Shown here piece by piece: positions 18,801 through 27,523 of a stretch of 36,609 nt of DNA (the first letter of the stretch is position 1; the number at the start of each line of letters is the position of its first letter). The notes beneath the pieces are model-generated. The model did no database searches, was not told the origin of the DNA, and saw nothing but the letters and a program-made list of their open reading frames with translations. Made by a program: the position numbers and the translations under genes. Source of the stretch: an uncultured Dechloromonas sp. (GTDB lineage Bacteria > Pseudomonadota > Gammaproteobacteria > Burkholderiales > Rhodocyclaceae); NCBI GenBank assembly GCA_946477505.1, contig CAMKYP010000001.1, positions 1 to 36,609 of the forward strand, written 5' to 3'.

Positions 18801-19759
18801 GTGATCAACGCCGGGATCAGACGGTAGATCAGCACCGCCAGACCAACTTCGGCGATGCGTTTCAACCACTGCATCACGGTATCGAGGTTCTGCGCCAGCC
18901 AGGTCATGGCATCACTCAGCTTCTTGGTGATCCCCGTCGATTCATCGAGGCGACTGACCCACTGACCGAAGGCGTTGCGCAGACGCTCGAACGCCTGACT
19001 CACCGTGGCCGGTAGTTGGGCGTATTCGCTGGCCAACTTGTCTTTCTGGCTCATCAGCGCATTGACCACCACGTCGGCGGTGAGGCGGCCTTCCTCGGCG
19101 AGTTTTCTCAGTCGTCCGATCGGCACGTTCAGGCCATCGGCCAGAGCCTGCGCCAGGCGCGGGCTGTTCTCGACGACGGAGTTGAACTCCTCACCACGCA
19201 GCACGCCCGAGGCCAGTGCTTGACCGAATTGCAGCAGGGACGATTGCGCTTCGGTAGCGGATGCGCCGGAAAGACGCAGCGCCTGCGAAATGCTCTCGGT
19301 GATCGAGAGTGCGTCCCTCTGCTCACCACCCAACATGCGCACCGCCTGCTGCAGCTTGCCGTACAGCGTGGCGGTTTCCTGGATCGGTACGCCGATGCGC
19401 TGAGCAATGTCGAACAGTTCCTTTTGGGCGACGGCGTACTCACGCTGGCCAGCGGTGGCCAGCTTCAGGCGTGCTGACATCATGTTCCAGGCGTCGGCGA
19501 TCTGCACGATCTCCTGTACCTTGCCCGCCGCCCAGTTGATCGACAGGAAGGCCAGCAATTGCGTCTTGGCCCGGCCAACCTGTTCGCCAAAGGCCGACAT
19601 CCCGGCTTTGACTTCGGCCATACCAGCTGCCGCCTTATCCCCGGCGGTCTTGGCGCTGGCGGACAGTTCGCCCAGGGATTTCTCGGCCGAGGTGATGGCG
19701 CGTTTGAGCCCCTCGTCGGCGCCATCGAGCGCGACAAGGACAGAAATGCGATTCGCCAT
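15863..19759 (-). CDS. Tail tape measure protein (1298 aa)
   Basis: Tape_meas_1-type motif SSLLQFGQALASGVLRGEEFNSVVEN, long Ala/Gln/Glu/Lys coiled coil, and C-terminal FAxGG motifs. Confidence 0.95.
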   Translation of the reverse strand: MANRISVLVALDGADEGLKRAITSAEKSLGELSASAKTAGDKAAAGMAEVKAGMSAFGEQVGRAKTQLLAFLSINWAAGKVQEIVQIADAWNMMSARLKLATAGQREYAVAQKELFDIAQRIGVPIQETATLYGKLQQAVRMLGGEQRDALSITESISQALRLSGASATEAQSSLLQFGQALASGVLRGEEFNSVVENSPRLAQALADGLNVPIGRLRKLAEEGRLTADVVVNALMSQKDKLASEYAQLPATVSQAFERLRNAFGQWVSRLDESTGITKKLSDAMTWLAQNLDTVMQWLKRIAEVGLAVLIYRLIPALITAWQTAGAAAVAAASATSAAWATANLSVSAAVASVGVLKTAFAVLGSFLVGWEIGTWLSEKFEIVRKAGIFMVEILVKAIEQLQYRWEAFAAIFTSDTIDEATRRHQQRLTEMNQIFGQMYADASKGADAAKGAMNTAATAAEEIAKRLEAVRQGTQEAVGRGVEAVHSALEKLKSRLGEVEQAVGKAQGVVNDATAKMADAYKGLTSIVEANLQRQIDAVKARYQQEQTALELKTQSETALITKSTQLLTDALTQQTTLRQQATTATLKLIDDEGRARIEAAQRQGQTEAERSTNVTRVENEILATKRQTMTQALSEYRQHIDALNAEANRHLAEVQRIENEKRQLSMTTEERIREIARQGMTEFQANEDRKYQIAEYQEKAREALANGELELARQLAQKAMDLAAQVATSQTNEAKRAEDAKKQSEQNMTQVVQLEAQSREAYRKQEYATADQLMRQADALRAEIAQKSQAADQAAVQSKNEVAGAIGAIRTSEELLNKTLDAESAAHQKAAQSALTAREQIQQTLTQTETQIDQITTKLKDGLKVTIDADKTRFDQAIADLDKALAEKEFLLKIQADLQEAEKKLQEYEQLLKEGKRLPVDADVSKAKEALDKLKTYADQNSQFELKVATEKAQAAITNVEGMIKALDRIQTESRHQVSTNAEAARSEIMSLNGANTSSTHTIYVQRVEVNATGGLVGRGIQHFAEGGTVAPAFPRMTGGTVPGSGHHDTVPRTLDAGAFVIRKAAVQKYGALIRAFAGGGMVNSGSEGVAGAGDVARYEAAVEVARAELEKLKSDLVAYLQERSKIKSESAFYAFWRRYEQMQAEIPVKDAEIKGLMLQLARAKQQKVNGFADGGSALARSDTVPAMLTPGEYVINRGAVARFGAGFFDAINNLSLPAQALAQRVQGFATGGLVQPNGASLNLRDLRPTLPADASPGRTVRVELAAGERKVSAAVDARDESRLLQLLDAARSRAA

Positions 19760-19762
19760 GAT

Positions 19763-20407
19763 TCAATTCACCTGTCTGATCTGTTTTTCAATGGCCGCCG
19801 ACAATCTCGGGATACGCCCAGCCACCAAGCGCTCTACATCGAGCCGTTTTTTGAGGGCGACCTTGGGCACCAGCACCGCGATCGGAACGTCCGCACCACG
19901 TTTCAGTCGTTTGACGCCTTCGGCCTTGCGATAACGACGCTTGAAGCCGGCCAGCGGGCGGTCGTGCTCCTTGAGGTTTTCTGCCATGAGGACAATGTGT
20001 CCCTTGGCGTTCTTGATGAAGTAGGCGTTACCGCCGCGCATCAGCTCGGCGACTTGCGCCTTGAAGCGCTTCCTGCCCACGCGCCCATGCAGGGGAATCA
20101 GCATCCGGCCGGCGATCGTTCCTCCCTTTTCATGCATCCCTGACCAGGGAATGCGTGAGCCAACGTAGAGGGCCGGCAAGCGCTTCGGGTCTTTGGCCAG
20201 CACCCGGGCGGTAAACCCTTTGAGGAAGGACTTTTTGACCACCGCCATCTGACCCGCGACATGGCTACGCACGTCTTCCTTGAGCTCGGATGCTTCGCTA
20301 GTGATCGCCCGTTCGACGGCCTTTTGGACCTTGGCCCGGAACTCACCACCCCAACGGCGCAGTTGCGCCTGGGCGGCAGCACTATTGATGCGAACGGAGA
20401 TGCGCAT
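19763..20407 (-). CDS. Basic tail-completion-like protein (DUF6441-like)
   Basis: Arg/Lys-rich ORF between the tail chaperones and tape measure; HEKGGTI...LIPL motif. Confidence 0.6.
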   Translation of the reverse strand: MRISVRINSAAAQAQLRRWGGEFRAKVQKAVERAITSEASELKEDVRSHVAGQMAVVKKSFLKGFTARVLAKDPKRLPALYVGSRIPWSGMHEKGGTIAGRMLIPLHGRVGRKRFKAQVAELMRGGNAYFIKNAKGHIVLMAENLKEHDRPLAGFKRRYRKAEGVKRLKRGADVPIAVLVPKVALKKRLDVERLVAGRIPRLSAAIEKQIRQVN

Positions 20408-20690
20408 GATCAATTAATCGATCGAGGGTCTGATCAAGATGGCGGGCGTCGCCCCGGCACCCAATGGCCACGAGCGAGAGCAAGCGGGCATCGCGGGCCG
20501 CATCACCACGCTGGGTCGCTGCTATGAAGGCCCGCACCTGGGCCAGGGTGTAGTCCAGGATGTCGGGCAACCGGTGGCCGTGTTCGATCAGGTGCTGGAG
20601 GCAATCGAACCAGACACCGGCATTCCCGCTGGCAGATTCACCGTGCTGAACAGTCCGTCGAGTTTCGGCAGCACCGTCCGGGTAAAAAAA
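20382..20690 (-). CDS. Tail assembly chaperone frameshift extension (gpT-like), -1 frame
   Basis: The -1 frame is open from the T-TTT-TTT slippery site (20684-20690) through WFDCLQHLIEHGHRLPDILDYTLAQ to the stop at 20382. Confidence 0.75.
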   Translation of the reverse strand, partial: FFYPDGAAETRRTVQHGESASGNAGVWFDCLQHLIEHGHRLPDILDYTLAQVRAFIAATQRGDAARDARLLSLVAIGCRGDARHLDQTLDRLIDHAHLRSHQ

Positions 20691-20986
20691 TCCGCATTCA
20701 CCTCGATGACCTTGGCCGCCAAAAGAATGGCATCGTCCGCCGCCAGGTCATCAACCCAGTCTCGTGGCTTGCCCACGGCAATGGCAATCGCCGCCAGCAG
20801 GTCATCACCGCGCTCACCGAACAGTTCGAGCCAGTTGATCTCGCCGGCAGACAGGTGCTTCATCACCGGCGAGATCACCCTCAGAAAGGCCGGGAGTTGC
20901 CCGACCTTCAGCGGCTTCAGGATGATCGCTTCACCCGCAATCCTCAGATCGATGCCGGCCGGCACCAGGGTATCCAACTCACTCAT
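20588..20986 (-). CDS. Tail assembly chaperone (gpG-like)
   Basis: Directly after the major tail gene, with RBS GAGGAG before MSELDTL. Contains the slippery heptamer at VNADFF. Confidence 0.8.
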   Translation of the reverse strand: MSELDTLVPAGIDLRIAGEAIILKPLKVGQLPAFLRVISPVMKHLSAGEINWLELFGERGDDLLAAIAIAVGKPRDWVDDLAADDAILLAAKVIEVNADFFTRTVLPKLDGLFSTVNLPAGMPVSGSIASST

Positions 20987-21009
20987 GGCGGCTCCTCTCA
21001 AGACTCATT

Positions 21010-21762
21010 TCAAAGTTGCACGATGCGGCCGAACTGACCCAGCACCGCGTCGTAAGGCTTGGTGGTATCGGCTAGAAGCGAGCCTTCCAGCTCGAACTTG
21101 TTGTACTCGTCCGAGATGAAGGAGATTTCCTTCAGCGGATCGAAGGCCACACGGTACAACTCGACCAGCACCTTGGCGTTGCCCTGCGCCGTGTTGATGC
21201 CCTCCAAGCGCAGGTAACGCTCAGGCAGCGCCTGGGTGAAGATGCCGATCTCGGTGGCGATGCCGTAGGCATAGCTGGCCTTGAACGGTGCAGTGAGGCC
21301 GGTGGTGTCCAGAAACTGGACGGCACCGAAGTCCACATCGGCGGTGTAGTGCGTACCCAGCGTCAAAGTCGTGGGTGTTCCGGCCGAATCCGTGACCACC
21401 AGGCTGGACACCTTGGGGTGGGCCAAGAAGTAGCGATCGCCCGGGGTCGGGGTGGCGCCACCAATGGGCTCGGCAGTCACCGTACCGGGCGTGCCGACGA
21501 CATGGTTGCCGTAAAGGGCCAGCGCGAGGTTTTCCTTGGTGAATTCCTCGATGGTGAGATTCACCGTGGCCGACTTCTGTTTGACCATGCGATGGTCCAG
21601 CGAACGCTGGCCGGTCTGGCTCTCGAAGTGCTCCAGCACGTCCGTCTTGAGGGACAGCTTGAGTTCGGCCACGTTACCGGGCGAGCGGACCTCGATCGGC
21701 AAACCGGCCGGGTCACGTTTGCCGAGAAAGACACGGCCTTGGAATGAAGCGTAGGTGCTCAT
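21010..21762 (-). CDS. Major tail tube protein
   Basis: 250 aa with GNVAELKLSL...ENLALAL...FELEG motifs. Lies between the tail terminator and chaperones. Confidence 0.8.
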   Translation of the reverse strand: MSTYASFQGRVFLGKRDPAGLPIEVRSPGNVAELKLSLKTDVLEHFESQTGQRSLDHRMVKQKSATVNLTIEEFTKENLALALYGNHVVGTPGTVTAEPIGGATPTPGDRYFLAHPKVSSLVVTDSAGTPTTLTLGTHYTADVDFGAVQFLDTTGLTAPFKASYAYGIATEIGIFTQALPERYLRLEGINTAQGNAKVLVELYRVAFDPLKEISFISDEYNKFELEGSLLADTTKPYDAVLGQFGRIVQL

Positions 21763-21947
21763 GATTTGGGTTCCTTGCGTTGAACGAGGGAGGTTTCAGC
21801 CTCCACTCGGGTCGATTTCGGTTCGGGCATAGCGATGTCGTTGGCCAACAGCCATTCGGCGATGTCGGCATCAACGTCGAGGACATCGCCTGCAGCATGG
21901 GTCTTGCCCGCATGGGTATGCGGACGGTTCAGAACGAGTCGGGGCAT
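21759..21947 (-). CDS. Small conserved phage protein (62 aa)
   Basis: MPRLVLNRPHTHAGKTHAAGDVLDV..AEWL; RBS AAGGA; ATGA overlap with the major tail gene. Confidence 0.6.
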   Translation of the reverse strand: MPRLVLNRPHTHAGKTHAAGDVLDVDADIAEWLLANDIAMPEPKSTRVEAETSLVQRKEPKS

Positions 21948-21951
21948 AGGG

Positions 21952-22398
21952 TCATCCTTGGATGGAGATGTCGTTGGCCAGCGTCCGGTAGGTGATTCGG
22001 TAGCGCGCCGGAAGCGCCACGGCCACCGCATCGGCGTCCTCGACCTCCCACTCGCACTCCTGCTCACGAATGCCCATGGCCAAGCCCCCGAAGTTCCCGT
22101 CAGCCAGCAAGGCGAGGTGCGCCGCCGTGAGCAGGCGATCGGCTTCGGTTTCCGGCGTCGCCGGTGCCACGGTTCGTGCCAGAGCGACGAGACGAACCGT
22201 CAGTTCGCGGGTCACGCGATCGTTGGCCCGCTCGGTGATGGTTTCGTTTTCCGGAAACACCACCAAGGCCGGACACAAGTCCCGGCTGATGGCCACCGTG
22301 GGCGAACGGTGCAAGCTGGCCCCGAGGGATTCAACGGCAGGACGCACGGCCGCCATCATCGCGAGCAGGATGCGCTCGCGGACAGAATTGCCAGCCAT
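21952..22398 (-). CDS. Tail terminator (gpU-like)
   Basis: SVRERILLA...ALLADGNFGGLA...YRITYRT. Position before the tail tube gene. Confidence 0.7.
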   Translation of the reverse strand: MAGNSVRERILLAMMAAVRPAVESLGASLHRSPTVAISRDLCPALVVFPENETITERANDRVTRELTVRLVALARTVAPATPETEADRLLTAAHLALLADGNFGGLAMGIREQECEWEVEDADAVAVALPARYRITYRTLANDISIQG

Positions 22399-22401
22399 GG
22401 G

Positions 22402-22704
22402 TCAGATCCTCGTGAGTTTGGCGCGCAGTTCCGAACCGTCGCCCACGGCCCGGATGTCACGCACCTGGAAGGTCTGGCCATCGATCTCGACGGATTCGCG
22501 TGCTGTCAGCCCAGTGAACACCGTGGCCGGATACGACATGACGTAGTCGGTGCTGAGCGTCAGGCCATCGAGCAAGGTTTCGTCCGGTGCGGCAAAGCCC
22601 ACCATTTGGGCCTGCTCGGGCGACCCATCGCTGGGCCGCCAGGTGCAGTGCTTGAGAAACCCGGCATGGGCAGCGGCCTCATACAAGTTGTCGATCAGCG
22701 CCAT
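22402..22704 (-). CDS. Head-tail joining protein (gpFII-like, 100 aa)
   Basis: Directly after the major capsid gene; beta-rich C-terminus VEIDGQTFQVRDIRAVGDG. Confidence 0.7.
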   Translation of the reverse strand: MALIDNLYEAAAHAGFLKHCTWRPSDGSPEQAQMVGFAAPDETLLDGLTLSTDYVMSYPATVFTGLTARESVEIDGQTFQVRDIRAVGDGSELRAKLTRI

Positions 22705-22706
22705 GA

Positions 22707-23735
22707 TCAGGCCATCGTCAGCTTGACCAGCACACCCGGGCGATGACACATCGGCAGCGGGTTGGACTGGGTGTGAAGATCGGTACCCCGGTCAAACTTG
22801 CGCGGTTCCTGCTTGGCGTACAGCGGCTGGCCCAGTGTGTTGGCCGTCTCGTTGAAGTCGGCCGGCGCGAAGTAGGTGCCGAAGGTATCGATGGTGCCAA
22901 GCGGGAAACAATGGGCTTCCCCAGCCTCGATGAAGCGGCGGGTGGTGCCATTGACGTCGGTCGCCTGCCCACGGTACTCCAAGAAGGTAATGCCCCCGAA
23001 CGTGAAGCCGGCGCGAACATCGTTGATCAGCATGATGCCTTGCTGGTATTGCTTGTACGCTTCCTTGACGTTGGTATGGCTGACCAGCACATCGAAGAAC
23101 TCCGGCGAACAGAGGCAATGCACGCCATTCATGTATTCGCCCAGAAGGCTGTCCTCCATGTGACGCAGTACGGTCGAGCACTTCCCACGCACATCAGTGT
23201 CGGAGCTGACCCATTTGCCACTGACGACTTTGCCCAATTCGAAATTGACCGTCGCCTGACCGATCTGAAACTCGTCGTAAAGGTTGTAGATGACTGAGCC
23301 ATCGGCATCCAGGATCACCCCTTTGAGTGCGCCCATGCGCAAGTGCTCCAGGGTGATGGCGTGCTTGTTACGCATAGTCTCCAGATGCCGCGCCATGACG
23401 CCGGCCAGAGACTCCATCTCGGTTTCCGAGCCGAAAGATCGCAGCCCCTGGACCTCCTCGGGCAACACCACATCGTCGTGCGGGATATGCGGGATCACGA
23501 AGGAACGCACCTTGCGTTTGCCCCGGATGCCGACTGTTCCCGGAGAACCGGGCGGCATGGAGGGCAGCAGGTTGAGCACGCCGTTTTGCTCTTCGACGAC
23601 GATCTGGCGGGTGCGCACGGGTTTCGCGGGGAAGAGCTTGAGCTCCTCCATGCGACCGTAGCGGTTGGGAATGAGGTTGATGGCAGACGTCATTGACGCC
23701 ATCGCGAACGCGGGATTGTGGAAAGGGTTTTGCAT
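22707..23735 (-). CDS. Major capsid protein (lambda gpE family)
   Basis: HIPHDDVVLPEEVQGLRSFG, ITLEHLRMGALKG and QSNPLPMCHRPGVLVK motifs. Confidence 0.95.
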   Translation of the reverse strand: MQNPFHNPAFAMASMTSAINLIPNRYGRMEELKLFPAKPVRTRQIVVEEQNGVLNLLPSMPPGSPGTVGIRGKRKVRSFVIPHIPHDDVVLPEEVQGLRSFGSETEMESLAGVMARHLETMRNKHAITLEHLRMGALKGVILDADGSVIYNLYDEFQIGQATVNFELGKVVSGKWVSSDTDVRGKCSTVLRHMEDSLLGEYMNGVHCLCSPEFFDVLVSHTNVKEAYKQYQQGIMLINDVRAGFTFGGITFLEYRGQATDVNGTTRRFIEAGEAHCFPLGTIDTFGTYFAPADFNETANTLGQPLYAKQEPRKFDRGTDLHTQSNPLPMCHRPGVLVKLTMA

Positions 23736-23752
23736 GTTCGTTCTCCCTGACG

Positions 23753-24130
23753 TCAGGCGCCGGTACGCACCAGGACACCCAGTGCTTTGAGTTGGAGGAT
23801 GGCGGCTTGCTGCTCAGCGGCAGCGATGCCAACCGGCCATTGAAGGGCGTGATCGGAAACGATGGCGTGACGCGCCACCATCAGACCGTCGTTGCGATCG
23901 GCCAGATGGGCATCGGCGTCCTGCATCAGCACACCGGCGGCGTACTGGCTGCCATCGGTCGCGGACGGGTCGATCTGCTTGACCTTGCCGGTGGCAGTCA
24001 CCAGGCCGAGCACCGTTCCCAGCGGCAAGGTTTGGCCGGCGGCGACTGTCACGCGATCACGCGAGTACAGGTTGGGCGCCTCGTATTTGAGGAGATCACC
24101 CAGGTTGATGGGTTCTTGCAAAGCGGGCAT
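23753..24130 (-). CDS. Head decoration protein (gpD-like)
   Basis: YSRDRVTVAAGQTLPLGTVLG...DGSQYAAGVL. Between the protease and capsid genes. Confidence 0.9.
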   Translation of the reverse strand: MPALQEPINLGDLLKYEAPNLYSRDRVTVAAGQTLPLGTVLGLVTATGKVKQIDPSATDGSQYAAGVLMQDADAHLADRNDGLMVARHAIVSDHALQWPVGIAAAEQQAAILQLKALGVLVRTGA

Positions 24131-24150
24131 TTTTCAGGCTCCAGTCAGAT

Positions 24151-24498
24151 TCATTGCTGTCCCAGGCGAGTCTTGACGGCCTGGACGAGCGGGTTGTGGG
24201 GAGATGCCGGGTGGCCGGCGTTGGCTGCAGTCGTGGCGGCTTGTGGGTCGATGCGGCTGACGATCTCCGGCGAGGCATCGGCCTGCGCGGCGAGTAGCTG
24301 ACTGCGAACCTTGGTGGGTGAGGTCTGGGCTTCGAGGAAACCCGCGATCAGATCGGTGCGCCCGGCGAGCGTGCAGGTCTGGGCGACCTCGATGGCGTCG
24401 GCCACGCTCAAGGTCGTGGCGGTGGCCGGTTGAGAAGAACTGCCAACAGGATCAGCAGGAGGGCTGTCAGGAGCAGTGGTGTCGGTTCGATCATTCAT
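24151..24498 (-). CDS. Putative nested in-frame scaffolding protein (gpNu3-like, 115 aa)
   Basis: Internal ATG (MNDRTDTT) preceded by GGAG after the protease domain, the same arrangement as lambda C/Nu3. Confidence 0.55.
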   Translation of the reverse strand: MNDRTDTTAPDSPPADPVGSSSQPATATTLSVADAIEVAQTCTLAGRTDLIAGFLEAQTSPTKVRSQLLAAQADASPEIVSRIDPQAATTAANAGHPASPHNPLVQAVKTRLGQQ

Positions 24499-25386
24499 AA
24501 AAGACTCCGTCTGGAGGTTGCGGAAAGCACCCGAGTGGCTTGCCGCCATATTCGGGAGGGAGGAAACAGATTCGAGAAGCTGCGTAAGGGCGTCGTCGAA
24601 GGTGCAGATGGCATCCGCCAGCCCGATGGCGACAGCCGCCTGGCCGAAGAACAGCCCGGCTTCGGTGTCCCTCACAGCGGAGGGCTCGATGTTTCGGTTG
24701 CGCGCCACCGTCTCGACGAACAGGCCGTAGATGCGATTCACCTCGGCCTTGAGAAAGGCGTGGGCTTCGTTGGAGATCGGCTCGTGCGGGTTGAGGTCGT
24801 TCTTGCGGTCACCGGCAAACACGGCGGTGTAGCGAACACCGTCCTGCGCGTCTTTCTCAGACTGGTCGACGTGCATGGCGATGACGCCAATCGAGCCAAC
24901 GCCACCGGTGCGCGAGACGAACACCTTGCTGGCAGCAGATGCCAGTGCGTAGGCCGCTGAGAAGGCCATGTCGTTGGCCACAGCCCAGACCGGTTTGATC
25001 TGAGCTGCCGCACGGATGCGATCAGCCAGATCGAACACGCCACCCGACTCGCCACCAGGTGAATCGACATCCAGCAGGATCGCGGCGACCTCGGGGTTGG
25101 CCAGAGCGGCATCCAACTGCGCGGTCAGTCCCGCATAGCTGGTCAGGCCGGACTCGGCCTCAAGGCCGACAGTGCGCCGCACCAGCGTGCCGTGGATCGG
25201 AATCACCGCAATCTTGGGTGTTGCGGTGGGGGCATCACGTGCCGGCGGGGTGAATCCCGAGGGAACGGCAAGGTCCGTCAAGCCCACCCGGGGGCCGAGC
25301 ACGGCCAGAATCACGTCAAGTTTGGGGCGATGGATCGCCAGCGGCACACCGAACAGGCGTGCCGCCATATGGGGCAACAAGGTCAT
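24151..25386 (-). CDS. S49 family prohead protease (gpC-like) with C-terminal scaffold
   Basis: LDVDSPGGE, AFSAAYALAS and VGSIGV motifs of S49 peptidases. Confidence 0.95.
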   Translation of the reverse strand: MTLLPHMAARLFGVPLAIHRPKLDVILAVLGPRVGLTDLAVPSGFTPPARDAPTATPKIAVIPIHGTLVRRTVGLEAESGLTSYAGLTAQLDAALANPEVAAILLDVDSPGGESGGVFDLADRIRAAAQIKPVWAVANDMAFSAAYALASAASKVFVSRTGGVGSIGVIAMHVDQSEKDAQDGVRYTAVFAGDRKNDLNPHEPISNEAHAFLKAEVNRIYGLFVETVARNRNIEPSAVRDTEAGLFFGQAAVAIGLADAICTFDDALTQLLESVSSLPNMAASHSGAFRNLQTESFMNDRTDTTAPDSPPADPVGSSSQPATATTLSVADAIEVAQTCTLAGRTDLIAGFLEAQTSPTKVRSQLLAAQADASPEIVSRIDPQAATTAANAGHPASPHNPLVQAVKTRLGQQ

Positions 25387-25395
25387 GGGAGTCCT

Positions 25396-26907
25396 TTAAG
25401 CAGGAGAGGTGCTAGTCCCCAGATCAGGGGACGATGCGTTCTTGTTGGGCTCTGCACTGCCGCCATCCTTGGAGGTGCGGCGCGGGTCGGAGTCAAAGAT
25501 CAGGCCGAGGTCATCGGCGCGCTGGTTGTCGGCGGCGATCTCGCGATCGACGTCTTCGGCGTCGTAGCCAAAGGCTGAGATGGCTTCCGATCGACTCATC
25601 AAGCCCGCGCGGATGGCCAGCAACATCGCCTTGAACTCCTTCTCGGGATCAACCCATTGCCAACCCTGCGGAATCCACTTCACCTGGCTGTATTGGCGAC
25701 GCTTGGCTGGACCGCCACGCGCGAATCCCGGGGCATCGATTGCCCCGGCCAGTACCGCCTGTTTGAGCCAGGCTGCCCAGACGGGGCGGCACATCTGGTG
25801 TACCAACACGCTGTGCTGCACCATCTCGCAACGCCGTCTGAACTCGAGCAGTCCGGCCCGAATCGAAGAGTAGTTCACCCCGGTCAGGTCACCCGTCAGT
25901 TGTTCGTAGGTGACACCGACGGCAGCGGCAACCGCCCGGAACTGGTTGCGCAGGAATTCCGAATACGAACCGCCGACGTCAGCCGGGTCGGAGAACTTGA
26001 TGTCCTCCCCCGGCTCCAGGATTTGCAGCGTGCCGGGCTCCAGGCCAGCAAGTGCGATCCCATTGCCATCGGCGGCGCCTTCACCCATCAAGTTGTCCTC
26101 GGGGTTCTGGCGCGTGACGAACCCGGCGAACATCGCAGCGGTCTTCTTGCGTACCAGCTCGGCGTCGTCGTACTGGTCGAGTTCGTTAAGTTTCACCAAG
26201 GCACGCGACAACCATGGCTCGCCCCGGATCTGACCCGGGCGTAGCACGCGATAGAGATGGATGATCTCTTTGGCATCGATGCGCACGGTGTCCTGTCCAC
26301 CCTGGCCCGACATCGGCGCCAGCCGTCCGTCTTCAGGGTGGGATTTGTAGAGGTGGTAGGCGACGCGCCGCCCCAGGCTGTCGAACTCGATACCGGAACG
26401 CACCACGTTTCCAGACGGGAGTTCCGTGTTGAGATTGATCGGCAGGTGCTCGGCTTCCAGCAATTGCAGTTGCAAGGGCACAACCAGCCCATCCTCCGGT
26501 CGGCGAGGACGCAGGCGGATCAGGCACTCGCCGCCTTCGAGCATGGCGCGGCAGGCCAAGGCCTGCAGGCCATAGAAATCGGTCTGCCCGGCTGCATCGG
26601 CTTCCTCAGTCCAGTCGCGCCACAGCGCTTGCACCTCGGTTTTGAAACGCTCGTCACTGGCCAGGCTCTGCGGCTTGATGCCGGTGCCAACCGCGTTAGC
26701 GACGAAAGCTTCGATGCCCGACTGCGCCCAAGCGTTGCGTCGCACCAGGTCACGACTCTTGATGCGCAAATCGTTGCTGGTGGCCAGGAGTGCGGCGACG
26801 GCACCGGGGTTGCCGGGCATCCATGCCAGAGAACGGCGCCCACGACCGGCGCCTTCGTGGACCGGGGGCTGGCCGAAGAGACTGCGGAGTTTGGAATACC
26901 AAGCCAT
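25396..26907 (-). CDS. Portal protein, lambda family (gpB-like)
   Basis: SRDLVRRN, RPGQIRGEPW, YEQLTGDLTGVNYSSIRAG and WVDPEKE motifs. Confidence 0.97.
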   Translation of the reverse strand: MAWYSKLRSLFGQPPVHEGAGRGRRSLAWMPGNPGAVAALLATSNDLRIKSRDLVRRNAWAQSGIEAFVANAVGTGIKPQSLASDERFKTEVQALWRDWTEEADAAGQTDFYGLQALACRAMLEGGECLIRLRPRRPEDGLVVPLQLQLLEAEHLPINLNTELPSGNVVRSGIEFDSLGRRVAYHLYKSHPEDGRLAPMSGQGGQDTVRIDAKEIIHLYRVLRPGQIRGEPWLSRALVKLNELDQYDDAELVRKKTAAMFAGFVTRQNPEDNLMGEGAADGNGIALAGLEPGTLQILEPGEDIKFSDPADVGGSYSEFLRNQFRAVAAAVGVTYEQLTGDLTGVNYSSIRAGLLEFRRRCEMVQHSVLVHQMCRPVWAAWLKQAVLAGAIDAPGFARGGPAKRRQYSQVKWIPQGWQWVDPEKEFKAMLLAIRAGLMSRSEAISAFGYDAEDVDREIAADNQRADDLGLIFDSDPRRTSKDGGSAEPNKNASSPDLGTSTSPA

Positions 26908-27128
26908 CAGAACCCCTTCGAGGTGGTCACCCGGATCTGGCGAGGGGCCCCCGGCCACAGACCAGTTTCTGCCGCCTGCTGCGCCAAACCGCGCTTGACC
27001 TCACGGATGGCCACGGTCAGTTCCTCGATTGAGCGGTACTCGACCGTCTTGTCGCCAAAGCTCACGCGACGCTCCCCTTTGGCAAGGGCGCTCTCCAATG
27101 CCTGGAGTTGGGATTCTGTGTAGGCCAT
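26907..27128 (-). CDS. Head completion/head-tail adaptor (gpW-like)
   Basis: 73 aa, LESALAKGERRVSFGDKTVEYRSIEEL. Immediately upstream of the portal gene. Confidence 0.85.
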   Translation of the reverse strand: MAYTESQLQALESALAKGERRVSFGDKTVEYRSIEELTVAIREVKRGLAQQAAETGLWPGAPRQIRVTTSKGF

Positions 27129-27523
27129 CAGCGGTACACCACGATGTTGATTTCGGTAGAGTCGTCAAAGGACGCCTGTGCCGTGGCGCAAGCGATGTCG
27201 ACGAACTGTTCGGTTTTGAGATCCGAGGTTGAGCGGACGATGGCCACGCGCTGCGTGCCACTGTTGGTGCTGCTACGGGCCAAGGCCGTCCAGCAGTAAT
27301 TCGCATCAGGCAAGGTCACCGCGAAATGCACGCGGTAGCGCCCCACCGCCGTGCGCACAACGCTGGCAACGTTGTAGGCACTGGCGATCACCATCTGGCC
27401 ATTCACGTAGCCAAAACTGACCCAGGCTCGCGCAACCCCTGGGTGAGCAGCATCGATTTTGGTTTTGACCTCGAAACCGATGCGATTGGCCAGGGATGCA
27501 ATGGCGGCGGTCAGGCTCATCAA
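27128..27523 (-). CDS. Fibre-tip-like hypothetical protein (131 aa)
   Basis: ARAWVSF...AYNVASVVRTAVGRYRVHF..LPDANY resembles C-terminal domains of phage fibres. Translationally coupled on both sides. Confidence 0.6.
   Translation of the reverse strand: MMSLTAAIASLANRIGFEVKTKIDAAHPGVARAWVSFGYVNGQMVIASAYNVASVVRTAVGRYRVHFAVTLPDANYCWTALARSSTNSGTQRVAIVRSTSDLKTEQFVDIACATAQASFDDSTEINIVVYR

Noticed and set aside
15842-19015. 1057-aa plus-strand ORF
   Set aside because: Antisense shadow of the tape measure gene, expected from GC-rich codon bias, with no recognisable motifs. The same applies to the other long antisense ORFs (e.g. 6190-7608, 9488-10543, 14570-15532).
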